DNA of 64,000 bases, taken from contig CAVOJR010000001.1 of the NCBI GenBank assembly GCA_963696295.1, forward strand, positions 2,656,001 through 2,720,000. Reading direction: 5' to 3'. A program made the position numbers and the translations under genes. The stretch is from an uncultured Chlamydiae bacterium (GTDB lineage: Bacteria > Chlamydiota > Chlamydiia > Chlamydiales > JAJFMB01). The notes beneath the pieces are model-generated. The model worked only from the letters and a program-made list of their open reading frames with translations, had not been told where the DNA came from and ran no database searches. Positions 18,392-28,349 of this stretch are shown piece after piece (the first letter of the stretch is position 1; each line of letters starts with the position of its first letter).

Positions 18392-20158
18392 ATGGAAACA
18401 GAAGATTACGATCTCCTCGTGCTGGGCAGCGGCGAGGGGGGTAAGTTTATCGCCTGGACACTCGCAAAAAAAGGGCAGAAGGTCGCCGTCATTGAGCGAA
18501 AATACATCGGCGGTTCCTGCCCGAACATTGCCTGCCTTCCGAGCAAAAATTTCATTCAGAGCGCCAAAGTCGCTTCTTACTTTCTCCGCAGCGAAGAGTT
18601 TGGAATTACCAAGGACAACTGGAAAATCGATATGCAGGCCGTGCGGGAACGGAAGCGCAAAATGGTCGCGGGTCTCGTCGACATGCACCTCGATCTCTAC
18701 AAAAAAAGCGGAGCCGAGCTGATCGTCGGATCGGGCAGCTTTGTCGCGCCTAAAACGATCGAGGTGGCTTTACCTGACGGAGCGAAGCGCCGTCTGGTCG
18801 GAAAACAAGTCGTCATCAATACAGGCAGCCGCTCGAAAATCGACAATACGCCCGGCCTGGCTGAGGCGAATCCGCTGACCCACATTGAAGCCTTGGAGCT
18901 GGCCAGGATTCCCGAACATCTGCTGATCATCGGCGGCGGCTACATAGGCCTTGAGTTTGCGCAAGCGATGCGCCGGCTCGGCAGCCGGGTGACTCTTGTG
19001 GAGCGGAACGACCGCCTGGCCCACCGGGAAGATCCGGACATTTCGGAAGCTTTGCAAGAGCTTTGCCAAGACGAGGGAATCGGCGTGGTCACAAATGCTA
19101 AAATTGTGCGGGTCGAGGGAAAGTCAGGGGATGCGGTCACTCTTCACCTAAATGGCGGCACTACCCTGAAAGGCACTCATCTTCTGGTTGCCGGAGGCAG
19201 GACGGCCAACACTCAAGGCATTGGTCTTGAGCTGGCCGGGGTAGAAGTCACCGACAAGGGTTTTGTCAAAGTCAATGAGCGGCTGGAAACAACCGCGCCG
19301 CAAGTTTTTGCGATGGGCGATTGCGCCGGAAGCCCCCACTTTACCCATATTTCCTTTGACGATTTCCGCATAGTCAGGGACAATCTGGCCGGAGGCAGAA
19401 GAGTGACTACGGGGAGGCAAGTTCCCTTTTGCCTGTTCACAGACCCGGAGTTTGCCCGCGTCGGACTTAGCGAAACCGAGGCGAAAAAGCAGGGTATTGC
19501 CTATCGGCTGGCAAAGATCCCAATGAGTGATGTGCTCCGCACCCGGACCCTATCGGAGACGAGAGGTTTCATGAAAGCGCTCATCGATGCAAACAGCGAT
19601 CGCATTCTCGGCTTCACCGTTTTTGGGGCGGAGGCGGGAGAAATCATCGCCGCTGTCCAGGTCGCTATGCTAGCCGGTCTGCCCTATACGGCTTTGCGCG
19701 ACGCGATCTTTACCCATCCTACTATGCTGGAGGGGCTTATCCCTCTCTTTTCCTCACTGCAGCCTTTAAAGCCGGATGAAAACGGCATCGCTTCCCTTCC
19801 AAGCCCCTACTCTTACAGCGCTACAGTATCTAAGCTGAAAACAGCCATTGAAAGCAAAGGGTTGACTCTTTTTGCAGAAATCGATCATGCCGCCGGGGCT
19901 AAAGAGTCAGGTTTGCAGATGCAGCCGGCTCTCGTACTTATCTTTGGCACGGCAAAAGCCGGCACTCCTCTCATGGCGGCAAATCCGCTGCTCGCCCTCG
20001 ATCTTCCCCTCAAAGTCCTGATTTGGGAAGATAGCGATAAGAAAGTTTCCGTGAGTTACAACTCCCCTCAATTCCTGGCCGCGCGCTATGCGATCCCGGC
20101 AGGCCTGTTGAAAAATATTTCCGGCGTGGAAGGGCTTGTCAAAACGGCGCTTGCTTAA
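18392..20158 (+). CDS. Pyridine nucleotide-disulfide oxidoreductase (MerA/RclA-like) fused to C-terminal DUF302
   Basis: GGSCPNIACLPSK, IIGGGYIGLE, IFTHPT; tail FAEIDH..GTPLM..LDLPLKVLIWE. Confidence 0.85.
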   Translation: METEDYDLLVLGSGEGGKFIAWTLAKKGQKVAVIERKYIGGSCPNIACLPSKNFIQSAKVASYFLRSEEFGITKDNWKIDMQAVRERKRKMVAGLVDMHLDLYKKSGAELIVGSGSFVAPKTIEVALPDGAKRRLVGKQVVINTGSRSKIDNTPGLAEANPLTHIEALELARIPEHLLIIGGGYIGLEFAQAMRRLGSRVTLVERNDRLAHREDPDISEALQELCQDEGIGVVTNAKIVRVEGKSGDAVTLHLNGGTTLKGTHLLVAGGRTANTQGIGLELAGVEVTDKGFVKVNERLETTAPQVFAMGDCAGSPHFTHISFDDFRIVRDNLAGGRRVTTGRQVPFCLFTDPEFARVGLSETEAKKQGIAYRLAKIPMSDVLRTRTLSETRGFMKALIDANSDRILGFTVFGAEAGEIIAAVQVAMLAGLPYTALRDAIFTHPTMLEGLIPLFSSLQPLKPDENGIASLPSPYSYSATVSKLKTAIESKGLTLFAEIDHAAGAKESGLQMQPALVLIFGTAKAGTPLMAANPLLALDLPLKVLIWEDSDKKVSVSYNSPQFLAARYAIPAGLLKNISGVEGLVKTALA

Positions 20159-20610
20159 ATTTGGAGCAGCTCTTTAATTTCTTCCATTAATTTTTGGGTG
20201 TCCTGGATTGTTTTGGGAACGACAAAAATCGTGTCGTCACCCGCAATAGTCCCCAATATTCCCGTCGCAATTTGATTGTAATCGAGCAGGCGGGCTACCA
20301 TGGATGCCGATCCCGGACTGGTAAAGATCACGACCATGGCTTCATTTGACATCACATTAAAAATCAAATCTTTCAGAGGTGTGTTCATCGAAGGGGGAGC
20401 CGGCTCCCTTGCCAGGGAATAAACCGCTTGTCCCTTTTCATTGACTACCTTGACCGCCCCGATCTTCCGCAGCAGCCTGGAAGCCTTCGACTGGTTGATA
20501 TCATAGCCGAGCTGTTCTAAAGCCGAGCAAATATCCTCCTGTGTGCTGGCCTTTCGACCCATCAACAGCAGGCGCAGCGCGGAAATCAGATTTTGAGCGT
20601 CTTTAGCCAT
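20155..20610 (-). CDS. argR: Arginine repressor
   Basis: TQEDI..INQSKASR, TSPGSA, LGTIAGDDTIFV. Confidence 0.9.
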   Translation of the reverse strand: MAKDAQNLISALRLLLMGRKASTQEDICSALEQLGYDINQSKASRLLRKIGAVKVVNEKGQAVYSLAREPAPPSMNTPLKDLIFNVMSNEAMVVIFTSPGSASMVARLLDYNQIATGILGTIAGDDTIFVVPKTIQDTQKLMEEIKELLQI

Positions 20611-20668
20611 GATCCATCCTTTGCCGCATGTTACCAAACACGTAAATTTAAAGACAATAATAATTTAA

Positions 20669-20697
20669 TTGAAATAAATTCTAAAAAATAGTATAAT
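20669..20697 (+). promoter_or_regulatory. Sigma70-type promoter
   Basis: TTGAAA-17 bp-TATAAT upstream of the ORF at 20724. Confidence 0.65.
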
Positions 20698-20723
20698 TAC
20701 ATTATTAACTAGAGGGGTTTATT

Positions 20724-21239
20724 ATGATTTCGTTTCATGGTGGATATCAGGAACTTCCCAAAGATGTGGCTTCAGATGAATTCGATTTGACGACACTCGA
20801 CCAATATTTTGAGGAATGGAAAAAGAAGGCCGCCTCCAAAAATATTAATATCGATGGTTACACATACTTTTATTTGGCAGCAAAGGCTGGCGGAGAAGCG
20901 TTGCGCGATCCTAAAACACTGCGTCTGCCCAAAGCCACCTTCGAAAATCAGAAGAAAGTGCGCACCATGGTGGTGAACAACATCATATACAGAATCGCCC
21001 TGAGCGAGATCGAGGAAACGGAAAAAGCGGCCTTGGCCGACCCCCGTTTCAAAAAATTGAGCTCTGAGATAAAAGATGATGCCAAGTACTTACGCAGGAT
21101 GCTTTCACCGAAGCCCTCGGCAGATGAACCCGATCGGTTAGCTGAACATCCCATTGTGGCGGAAAGCCGCTATTACAGAATGAACAGCGAACTTAAGCGT
21201 ATAACCGAGAAAGTGCTGGACAAAATTTCCGGCGTTTAA
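20724..21239 (+). CDS. Hypothetical protein
   Basis: 171 aa with GAGGGG RBS and a consensus promoter. Confidence 0.65.
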   Translation: MISFHGGYQELPKDVASDEFDLTTLDQYFEEWKKKAASKNINIDGYTYFYLAAKAGGEALRDPKTLRLPKATFENQKKVRTMVVNNIIYRIALSEIEETEKAALADPRFKKLSSEIKDDAKYLRRMLSPKPSADEPDRLAEHPIVAESRYYRMNSELKRITEKVLDKISGV

Positions 21240-21297
21240 GGCCGTTCTATAGGTTAGCGTTGTAGACAAAAAGATGTCTTCACGCTAACATCCGGTT

Positions 21298-22674
21298 ATG
21301 ATGAGTAACTTCAATACATTGAGCGAAGCGGCAATCACTCAGGAAAATATCCATGACTATGTCGAACAGCTGAACACCCTGCCCGTGCGCGATCTGGTCG
21401 ATCTGATCGAACACTATTCGTATGGAAAAAGGTTGTTGATTTTCAACGCCTTATCCCAAGAAAAGGCTGTGCGTGTTTTCGAATACCTCTCTCCTCCCAT
21501 TCAGAAGGGAATTTTGCTTGCGATGCCCTCGGAGCGTGTGGCCTATCTGCTGAACTTTATGTCCCCCGACGACCGCACAGCGCTCCTGCAGGAACTGCCC
21601 GATGATCTCAAAAATCAGCTGCTCAAGTATTTATCGCCCGTCGAAAGAGCGATGACCACAAAACTTCTCGGCTATCCCGAGAATAGCGTGGGAAGGCTGA
21701 TGACCCCCGACTACCTGGCCATCAAAATGGATTGGACGGTGCGGGAGGTTTTGGATTACATCAGGGAGAAGGGGCGGGACAGCGAGACGATCAACGTCAT
21801 CTATGCTGTGGATGATCAAGGCGTTTTGCTCGATGATTTTAATATTCGCGAATTCTTATTTGCATCGTTAGATACTAAGGTTAAGGATCTCGCCGACAAT
21901 AAGTTTATATGTTTGCGGGTAGATGAGGATGAAGAGACCGCTGTGAGCCTTTTCAGAAAACATGAGCGCGTCGCTTTACCGGTTGTGGATGCGAAAGGGG
22001 TTCTGCTCGGAATCGTTACCTTTGACGACATTATGGCTGTCGCTGTACGGGAAGACACTGAGGATATGCAGAAAATCGGGGGTGTCGCCGCCTTAAACCG
22101 CCCCTATATGGAAGTCCCTCTTTTTACCTTATTCCGCAAGAGGATAGGGTGGTTGGTGATTCTATTCGTGGGAGAGATGTTTACGGCCACAGCCTTAGGG
22201 TATTTTGAAGATGAGATTTCCAAAGCCGTGGTGCTGGCCCTCTTTCTTCCCCTGATCATTTCCAGCGGCGGTAATGCCGGGTCGCAGGCGTCGACTTTGA
22301 TTATTCGCGCGATGGCTCTTGGAGAAGTAAAGCTCAGGGATTGGTGGAGAGTGATGCGGCGGGAACTTATCTGCGGCCTTTTGTTAGGGGTGGCCTTAGG
22401 ACTCATAGGCTTTTTCCGCATCGCCTTGTGGAGTCTATTCTCCACCATGTACGGCGCTCATTCTTTTCTAGTGGCTGTCACGATATTTTTGGCCCTGATC
22501 GGCGTGGTGTTGTGGGGCTCGCTGATGGGTTCGATGCTGCCATTGATCTTAAAGAAGTGCGGGTTGGATCCCGCGGTCTCTTCCGCCCCCTTTGTGGCCA
22601 CCCTGGTGGATGTGACCGGGCTTGTGATCTATTTTACGATAGCGATTTTTGTCTTACACGGGACATTGCTTTAA
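21298..22674 (+). CDS. mgtE: Magnesium transporter MgtE
   Basis: MgtE N domain, CBS pair, SGGNAGSQ, DPAVSSAPFVATLVDVTG. Confidence 0.95.
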   Translation: MMSNFNTLSEAAITQENIHDYVEQLNTLPVRDLVDLIEHYSYGKRLLIFNALSQEKAVRVFEYLSPPIQKGILLAMPSERVAYLLNFMSPDDRTALLQELPDDLKNQLLKYLSPVERAMTTKLLGYPENSVGRLMTPDYLAIKMDWTVREVLDYIREKGRDSETINVIYAVDDQGVLLDDFNIREFLFASLDTKVKDLADNKFICLRVDEDEETAVSLFRKHERVALPVVDAKGVLLGIVTFDDIMAVAVREDTEDMQKIGGVAALNRPYMEVPLFTLFRKRIGWLVILFVGEMFTATALGYFEDEISKAVVLALFLPLIISSGGNAGSQASTLIIRAMALGEVKLRDWWRVMRRELICGLLLGVALGLIGFFRIALWSLFSTMYGAHSFLVAVTIFLALIGVVLWGSLMGSMLPLILKKCGLDPAVSSAPFVATLVDVTGLVIYFTIAIFVLHGTLL

Positions 22675-22675
22675 A

Positions 22676-23005
22676 ATGGTTGAGAAGAAACCTTTATCTA
22701 AGCGCTTATTTTATAAGCGGTTAAGAAATAGTGTGATTGCCGGGTCGGCTATTATGCTGCTTTCGCTTGGCGCCGGGATGCTGGGTTACCACCATTATGA
22801 AAAAATGACGTGGATCGACGCCTATGTCAATGCCGCGATGATATTATCGGGAATGGGGCCTGTGGGTAATTTACAAACTGATGGGGGCAAAATCTTCGCC
22901 GGATCCTATGCTCTTTTTAGCGGGATCATTTTTCTGGTAGCAGCGGCTGTCGTATTCGCTCCGGTCCTGCATCATTTCGTTCGTCAGTTCAATCTAGAGG
23001 AATAG
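22676..23005 (+). CDS. Small membrane protein, ion-channel-like two-TM family
   Basis: GMLGYHHYE..WIDAYVNAAMILSGMGP..GKIFAGSYALFSG. Confidence 0.65.
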   Translation: MVEKKPLSKRLFYKRLRNSVIAGSAIMLLSLGAGMLGYHHYEKMTWIDAYVNAAMILSGMGPVGNLQTDGGKIFAGSYALFSGIIFLVAAAVVFAPVLHHFVRQFNLEE

Positions 23006-23113
23006 ATTGAATATCAACAAGATGTAAAATAGATACTAAATAATTTAATATTATGCAATAATTAACTTCAGTAGTCGATGTTGGCTGCTTTTTTGTAATA
23101 AAAGGAGTTATTC

Positions 23114-23491
23114 ATGAATAAACTAATATATATTTGTTTTCTTAGTTTGCCTGTCCTTACGTTTGCCTGCGGGGGAAGCAACAGCAACAATATGAGCCAG
23201 AACAATATTGCAGCTCAGCCATATGTGGCAGATGAAACGACTAAACCTTTAAGCGATGACGATTTAAGAGATAAAATTAAAGACAAGCTGGCTACGGGCT
23301 GGTTCGGCAAAACCTTCAGCGATGTCGACGTAGATGTGATCGACGGCGTTGTGACTATCAGCGGTACGGTGGAAACCGATCAAGACAAACAGGATGTGGA
23401 AAAGAAAGTAAAAGAATTTCCTGAAGTGAGTAAAGTGAACAATCAATTGCAAGTCGCCCCAGCGAAAACACCTGCTACAAGCAACGCTTAA
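23114..23491 (+). CDS. BON-domain (OsmY-like) lipoprotein
   Basis: Lipobox TFAC; VDVIDGVVTISGTV..VSKVNNQLQV. Confidence 0.85.
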   Translation: MNKLIYICFLSLPVLTFACGGSNSNNMSQNNIAAQPYVADETTKPLSDDDLRDKIKDKLATGWFGKTFSDVDVDVIDGVVTISGTVETDQDKQDVEKKVKEFPEVSKVNNQLQVAPAKTPATSNA

Positions 23492-23494
23492 CGT

Positions 23495-23872
23495 TCAAGG
23501 ATCGCAGCAAGCCCTTTTGCTGCGATCTCTATCCCTCTTGACCTTCTGCACCATTTTTTCCATCTCTTCCAGCTCTTCATCCGACAGCTCCGATTCTATA
23601 AGATGGCTCAGCAGAACGGAAGGTTTGATTCCAAAGAATTTTTTTAGCTTTATCAGGAATGTAGGGGAATTCGAACCCAGCCAATAGGTATACTGAAGGC
23701 CGGTTTTTTCTCTTTCCAGCTGCTTTTTGGCCGCCAGCCGGCTCATCACCGTCATAACAGTATTATAACTGCCTCCCAAGGCAGCATGGACTTCTTTTAC
23801 GGTTTTCCTTTCACCGGTTCTCAGGAAGTGCAGAATTTCTGCTTCCAATTCTCCAAAAGCTCGTTTCGTCAT
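23495..23872 (-). CDS. BlaI/MecI/CopY-family repressor
   Basis: FGELEAEIL..TVKEVH..SYNTVMTVMSRLAAK..LSDEELEE. Confidence 0.9.
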   Translation of the reverse strand: MTKRAFGELEAEILHFLRTGERKTVKEVHAALGGSYNTVMTVMSRLAAKKQLEREKTGLQYTYWLGSNSPTFLIKLKKFFGIKPSVLLSHLIESELSDEELEEMEKMVQKVKRDRDRSKRACCDP

Positions 23873-23883
23873 AGGGGGATACT

Positions 23884-23897
23884 ACTACAAACGTAGT
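23884..23897. promoter_or_regulatory. Probable BlaI-type operator palindrome ACTAC-AAAC-GTAGT
   Basis: Inverted repeat about 11 bp upstream of the repressor start, matching TAC-N-GTA operators of this family. Confidence 0.6.
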
Positions 23898-23921
23898 GGC
23901 AAAGCAAGTAAAATATATTAG

Positions 23922-23951
23922 TTGACACTATCTTAAAAATATTGTTATTAA
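23922..23951 (+). promoter_or_regulatory. nuo operon promoter
   Basis: TTGACA-18 bp-TATTAA with extended TG; GGAGG RBS before nuoA. Confidence 0.6.
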
Positions 23952-23977
23952 AGGTACTTTAGCAAACTTTCGGAGGC

Positions 23978-24340
23978 ATGGCTTTGTCAAGCTTACTTTC
24001 AGTGTATGTTTACTTGGGGTTGGTTCTGCTGGTCACCTTGATCGTCTTAGGCGTTTCCTCATTATATTCTTCAGCAAAATCGACTAAGATCAAGTACCTG
24101 CCTTACGAATCGGGCATTCAAACCAAAACGCATCTGCTTCAGGAGCGCTTCCCGATGCGACACTATCTGGTCGCTTTGCTGTTTCTGGTTTTCGATATCG
24201 AAGTGATTTTTCTCTATCCCTGGGCCGTCATTGGAAAAGCGATCGGCCCATTTGCTTTTTATGAGATGCTTTTTTTCTTAATCGCGATTTTGATTGGATT
24301 TGCCTACATTTGGCGTAAAGGAGGATTGGAATGGGAGTGA
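23978..24340 (+). CDS. nuoA: NADH-quinone oxidoreductase subunit A
   Basis: [28 protein letters not shown]. Confidence 0.95.
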   Translation: MALSSLLSVYVYLGLVLLVTLIVLGVSSLYSSAKSTKIKYLPYESGIQTKTHLLQERFPMRHYLVALLFLVFDIEVIFLYPWAVIGKAIGPFAFYEMLFFLIAILIGFAYIWRKGGLEWE

Positions 24341-24843
24341 CACCGCAAGAAAGAACCCCTTTTTTGTTTGCTCCATTAGAGATGCTGATCAACTGGGCGC
24401 GCGAAAGCTCCCTTTGGCCGGCTCAGTTTGGCCTCGCCTGCTGCGCGATCGAGATGATGTCGACAGCCGCCAGCCGCTACGACGTCTCCCGCTTTGGCAT
24501 GGAGGTGTTCCGCGCCTCGCCCCGACAAAGCGATGTGATGATCGTCGCCGGACGGGTCAGTCAAAAGATGGCGCCCGCCTTAAGAACTATCTACGACCAG
24601 ATGCTGGAACCCAAGTGGGTGGTGGCGATGGGAGACTGCGCATCGAGCGGCGGCATTTACAATAACTACGCTATTGTGCAAGGGGTCGATAAGATTGTCC
24701 CTGTGGATGTTTACGTTGCCGGCTGCCCGCCCCGCCCTGAAGCCTTGCTGGATGGTTTGATCATGCTCCAGCAGAAAATTAAGACCGAGCAACCTCTCGC
24801 AGATTTGTGGAGCAAAAAAAAGAGGGAATATGAAAACGGTTGA
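24331..24843 (+). CDS. nuoB: NADH-quinone oxidoreductase subunit B
   Basis: [27 protein letters not shown]. Confidence 0.97.
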   Translation: MGVTPQERTPFLFAPLEMLINWARESSLWPAQFGLACCAIEMMSTAASRYDVSRFGMEVFRASPRQSDVMIVAGRVSQKMAPALRTIYDQMLEPKWVVAMGDCASSGGIYNNYAIVQGVDKIVPVDVYVAGCPPRPEALLDGLIMLQQKIKTEQPLADLWSKKKREYENG

Positions 24844-25384
24844 AGCGGTAGAGGCCTACAAAAAAGTGGGCGCTTTGATTTCTGAGAAAGAGATGTATGG
24901 CGAAATCACCATCGAGGTGGCCAAAGAGGATTTGCTTAAGGCGCTCAACTTTTTCAGAAAAGAGTATGAAGTGTTAATGGATTTGACCGGAGTCGATTAT
25001 CTCGCTCCGAAAAAAAGCACCAAAGTCGTTTACTGGCTGCAAAACCCGACGAACTTCGAGCGTTTGCGCGTTGTGGTTTTTGCCGACCGCGATGAAATGC
25101 TGCCCTCGGCGACAGGGCTTTGGAATGGGGCCGACTGGTATGAGAGGGAGCTTTATGATTTATTCGGGGTGAGATTTCACGGCCATCCCGATCTGAAGCG
25201 GATTTTGATGCCGGATGACTGGATAGGCCATCCTTTGCGCCGCGACTACGCGCTGACCGAGGAACCGGTGGAGTTCAAACATGGCGTGCAGCCCAAAGTG
25301 CCTTCTGAAATTATCCCCAATGTGCGCAGTGAAAATTGTTTTAACCAGCTAGGAACTTATGCCAAAAGCCATCAAAAACCTTGA
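24830..25384 (+). CDS. nuoC: NADH-quinone oxidoreductase subunit C
   Basis: [34 protein letters not shown]. Confidence 0.95.
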   Translation: MKTVEAVEAYKKVGALISEKEMYGEITIEVAKEDLLKALNFFRKEYEVLMDLTGVDYLAPKKSTKVVYWLQNPTNFERLRVVVFADRDEMLPSATGLWNGADWYERELYDLFGVRFHGHPDLKRILMPDDWIGHPLRRDYALTEEPVEFKHGVQPKVPSEIIPNVRSENCFNQLGTYAKSHQKP

Positions 25385-26564
25385 TAAGCTAGGAATTACA
25401 GGCGATGTCATGGAGCTCAATCTTGGGCCTCAGCACCCTTCGACGCACGGTGTTTTGCGGATCAAGCTTCGCCTCGACGGAGAGCTGATCCTTTCGGCCG
25501 AGCCTGTCATCGGCTACCTGCACACCGGCATTGAAAAAGAGTGCGAGACAAGAACGTATCATCAAATTTTTACCCTCGTCGACCGCCTCGATTACTTGTC
25601 GGGACCGGCCGAAGAGCAGGCTTATGCGCAGACAGTAGAAAAGCTCATGGGCATTGAAGTGCCCGAGCGGGCCCAGACGATCCGGCTCATCCTTTTGGAG
25701 CTGGCCCGTATTTCCAGCCACTTGATTTGGGTCGGAACGAGCGCGCTTGAGCTGAACATGTCATCCGTTTATATGTACTGCTTCGCCGAGCGGGAAAAAA
25801 TCCTCGACCTTTTCGAGGCGCTCTCCGGAGCCAGGATGTTTCCCTCCTACTGGCGGATCGGCGGACTGCATCGCGATTTGAATCCCGAGTTTGAAGCCCG
25901 CACAAAAGCCTTTTTGAAAAGCTTTCCCGCTACCTGGAAAGATCTGAACAATTTGTTGACCAATAATTACGTCTGGTGCGAGCGCTTAAAGGATGTTGCG
26001 ATCATCGATAAAGAGCTTTGCCACCAGTATATGTGCACAGGGCCCGTTATCCGCGGCGCCGGCGTCCCTTACGATATCCGCAAAGTTTATCCCTATCTTG
26101 GTTATGAAAATTACCGCTTTGATGTGCCGACCTATCCGGAAGGGGATTCTTACGCCCGTTATCTGGTGCGCATGGAAGAGATGCTCCAAAGCGCTTCGCT
26201 CGTCCAGCAGGGATTGGATAAATTAACCCCGGGTCCCATTATCACAAAGGACCGGAAAGTCGCTTTGCCCCCGCGCGCGGAGCTTGCGCGCAGCATGGAA
26301 GCGGTGATCCATCAATTCAAGTTAGTCAGCGAAGGACTCCATCCTCCGGCCGGCGAGCTTTACACCTGTGTGGAATCCGCCCGCGGCGAGCTCGGGTATT
26401 ATCTCGTCAGCGATGGAGGCAACCGCCCCCACCGGCTGCGCGTGCGTTCCCCCTCTTTCCCTCACGTTGAGGTGTTGAAAGAGGTGATACCGGGACATAT
26501 TTTATCAGACGTAATCGTAGCGATCGCCAGTGTCGATCCCATATTAGGAGACGTAGATCGCTGA
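25359..26564 (+). CDS. nuoD: NADH-quinone oxidoreductase subunit D
   Basis: NLGPQHPSTHGVLR, IGYLHTGIEK, DPILGDVDR. Confidence 0.97.
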   Translation: MPKAIKNLDKLGITGDVMELNLGPQHPSTHGVLRIKLRLDGELILSAEPVIGYLHTGIEKECETRTYHQIFTLVDRLDYLSGPAEEQAYAQTVEKLMGIEVPERAQTIRLILLELARISSHLIWVGTSALELNMSSVYMYCFAEREKILDLFEALSGARMFPSYWRIGGLHRDLNPEFEARTKAFLKSFPATWKDLNNLLTNNYVWCERLKDVAIIDKELCHQYMCTGPVIRGAGVPYDIRKVYPYLGYENYRFDVPTYPEGDSYARYLVRMEEMLQSASLVQQGLDKLTPGPIITKDRKVALPPRAELARSMEAVIHQFKLVSEGLHPPAGELYTCVESARGELGYYLVSDGGNRPHRLRVRSPSFPHVEVLKEVIPGHILSDVIVAIASVDPILGDVDR

Positions 26565-27070
26565 TGCTTAGTGAAAAATCAAAAAAAGCCATTTTGGAAT
26601 TGCAGAAACGATATCCGGAAAAGCGTTCGGCGCTGATACCGGCCCTGCACCTCGCTCAAGCGGAAAAAGGGTATTTGCCAAGTGAAATACAAAACGAGGT
26701 GGCAGAGCTTTTTGACATTGCCCTCAATGAAGTGCATAGCGTTGTCACTTTTTACGATATGTTTCATGAGGAACCGGTCGGAAAGCACATCGTGCATATC
26801 TGCAAGAACGCCTCCTGCATGCTGCGGGGAGGGGATGAGCTCATGGCCGCCCTTTGCCAAAAATTGCGCGTTCCCCCTGGAGGCACTACGGCTGATGGAG
26901 AATTTACGGTGATTCCAAGCGAGTGTTTGGCCAGCTGCGATTTGGCGCCCATGATGCTGGTTGATGATAAGGTCGTCGGTCCTGTGAAGCCTGAGGATCT
27001 CGAGAAAATTTTAGAGACCGCAAAAAAAGGTCCCGGACACCCGGCTCCGGTGGAGGTGGATCATGGCTGA
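26564..27070 (+). CDS. nuoE: NADH-quinone oxidoreductase subunit E
   Basis: VVTFYDMF, CKNASCMLRG, ECLASC..APMM. Confidence 0.95.
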   Translation: MLSEKSKKAILELQKRYPEKRSALIPALHLAQAEKGYLPSEIQNEVAELFDIALNEVHSVVTFYDMFHEEPVGKHIVHICKNASCMLRGGDELMAALCQKLRVPPGGTTADGEFTVIPSECLASCDLAPMMLVDDKVVGPVKPEDLEKILETAKKGPGHPAPVEVDHG

Positions 27071-28349
27071 GAAGCGCATTTTGATGGCTCATACCGACAA
27101 CCCACGCCAGTTTGACATAGACACCTACGAAAAGAATGGAGGCTATCAGGCCCTCCGCAAAGCGATTCCCCATATAGCCCCGGAAACCCTCAAGGAGATG
27201 GTCAAACAGTCGGAACTGCGCGGGCGCGGGGGCGCCGGCTTTTCTACCGGCATGAAGTGGGGCTTTCTGCCAAAAGATCCCTCCCTTCCCAAATATCTGG
27301 TCTGCAATTGCGACGAGAGCGAGCCCGGCACTTTCAAAGATCATCTTATTATCATGAAAGATCCCCATCAGCTGATTGAGGGGATGATAATATCAAGTTA
27401 CGCGATCGGAGCCAAGCAGGCCTTTATCTACTGCCGCGGTGAGTTTTATGCCGGAATTGCCAGTTTGCGCGCGGCTGTCAAACAGGCCAAAGAGCGAGGG
27501 TTATTAGGATCTTTAGATCTTGTCGTTCATCCGGGAGCCGGCGCCTATATCGCCGGCGAGGAAACCGCCCTCTTAAACTCCCTGGAAGGGTATCGCGCCA
27601 CGCCCCGCATGAAGCCCCCCTTTCCGGCAGTCTCTGGTCTTTATGGGATGCCGACGATCATCAACAATGTCGAGACCCTTTGCAACGTCGTGCATATCGT
27701 CAATATGGGGGTAGAGGCTTACAAAGCGATAGGCAAGCCGAAAAATACCGGCACAAAAATCTTTCAGCTCAGCGGGCATATCCAAAAACCCGGATGTTAT
27801 GAGTTTCCCTTGGGCGTGACTCTCCGCGAAGTGTTTGAGACAGCCGGCGGGATGCTGCCCGGCCGCAAATTTAAGGCCTGTTATCCCGGAGGCTCTTCCT
27901 GCGCCCTGTTGACAGCCAAGGACATCGATATCTCGATGGATTTTGAGACGCTGATGGCGCGCGGGACCGCCCTTGGCACCGCTTCGATCATCGTCATGGA
28001 CGATTCGGCCGACATGGTCAAGGTGGCTCACCGGCTGATGCAGTTTTATCAGAATGAATCGTGCGGCAAATGCACCCCTTGCCGCGAAGGGACCCGCTGG
28101 ATGGTGCAGGTGCTCGCAAGGATTGAAGCGGGAAAAGGCACTTATGACGATCTCGACGTGATCGACCAGGTGTGCACCTCGATGGCCGCCACCTCCTTTT
28201 GCCCTTTAGCGGTAGGCGCGGCGCCCCCTGTCATCAGCGCGGTGAAAGAATTTAGGGAGGAGTTTGAAGCCTACATCCGGCGAAATCCCGATCCTGACCG
28301 GCGGCCGGAGATGAAAATAGTTTATCCTTATTTGAGAGTGACGAAATGA
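27063..28349 (+). CDS. nuoF: NADH-quinone oxidoreductase subunit F
   Basis: LRGRGGAGF, DESEPGTFKD, ESCGKCTPCREG. Confidence 0.97.
   Translation: MAEKRILMAHTDNPRQFDIDTYEKNGGYQALRKAIPHIAPETLKEMVKQSELRGRGGAGFSTGMKWGFLPKDPSLPKYLVCNCDESEPGTFKDHLIIMKDPHQLIEGMIISSYAIGAKQAFIYCRGEFYAGIASLRAAVKQAKERGLLGSLDLVVHPGAGAYIAGEETALLNSLEGYRATPRMKPPFPAVSGLYGMPTIINNVETLCNVVHIVNMGVEAYKAIGKPKNTGTKIFQLSGHIQKPGCYEFPLGVTLREVFETAGGMLPGRKFKACYPGGSSCALLTAKDIDISMDFETLMARGTALGTASIIVMDDSADMVKVAHRLMQFYQNESCGKCTPCREGTRWMVQVLARIEAGKGTYDDLDVIDQVCTSMAATSFCPLAVGAAPPVISAVKEFREEFEAYIRRNPDPDRRPEMKIVYPYLRVTK

Noticed and set aside
20155..20720. ARG boxes or an arginine operon next to argR
   Set aside because: No convincing tandem ARG box and no arginine genes adjacent
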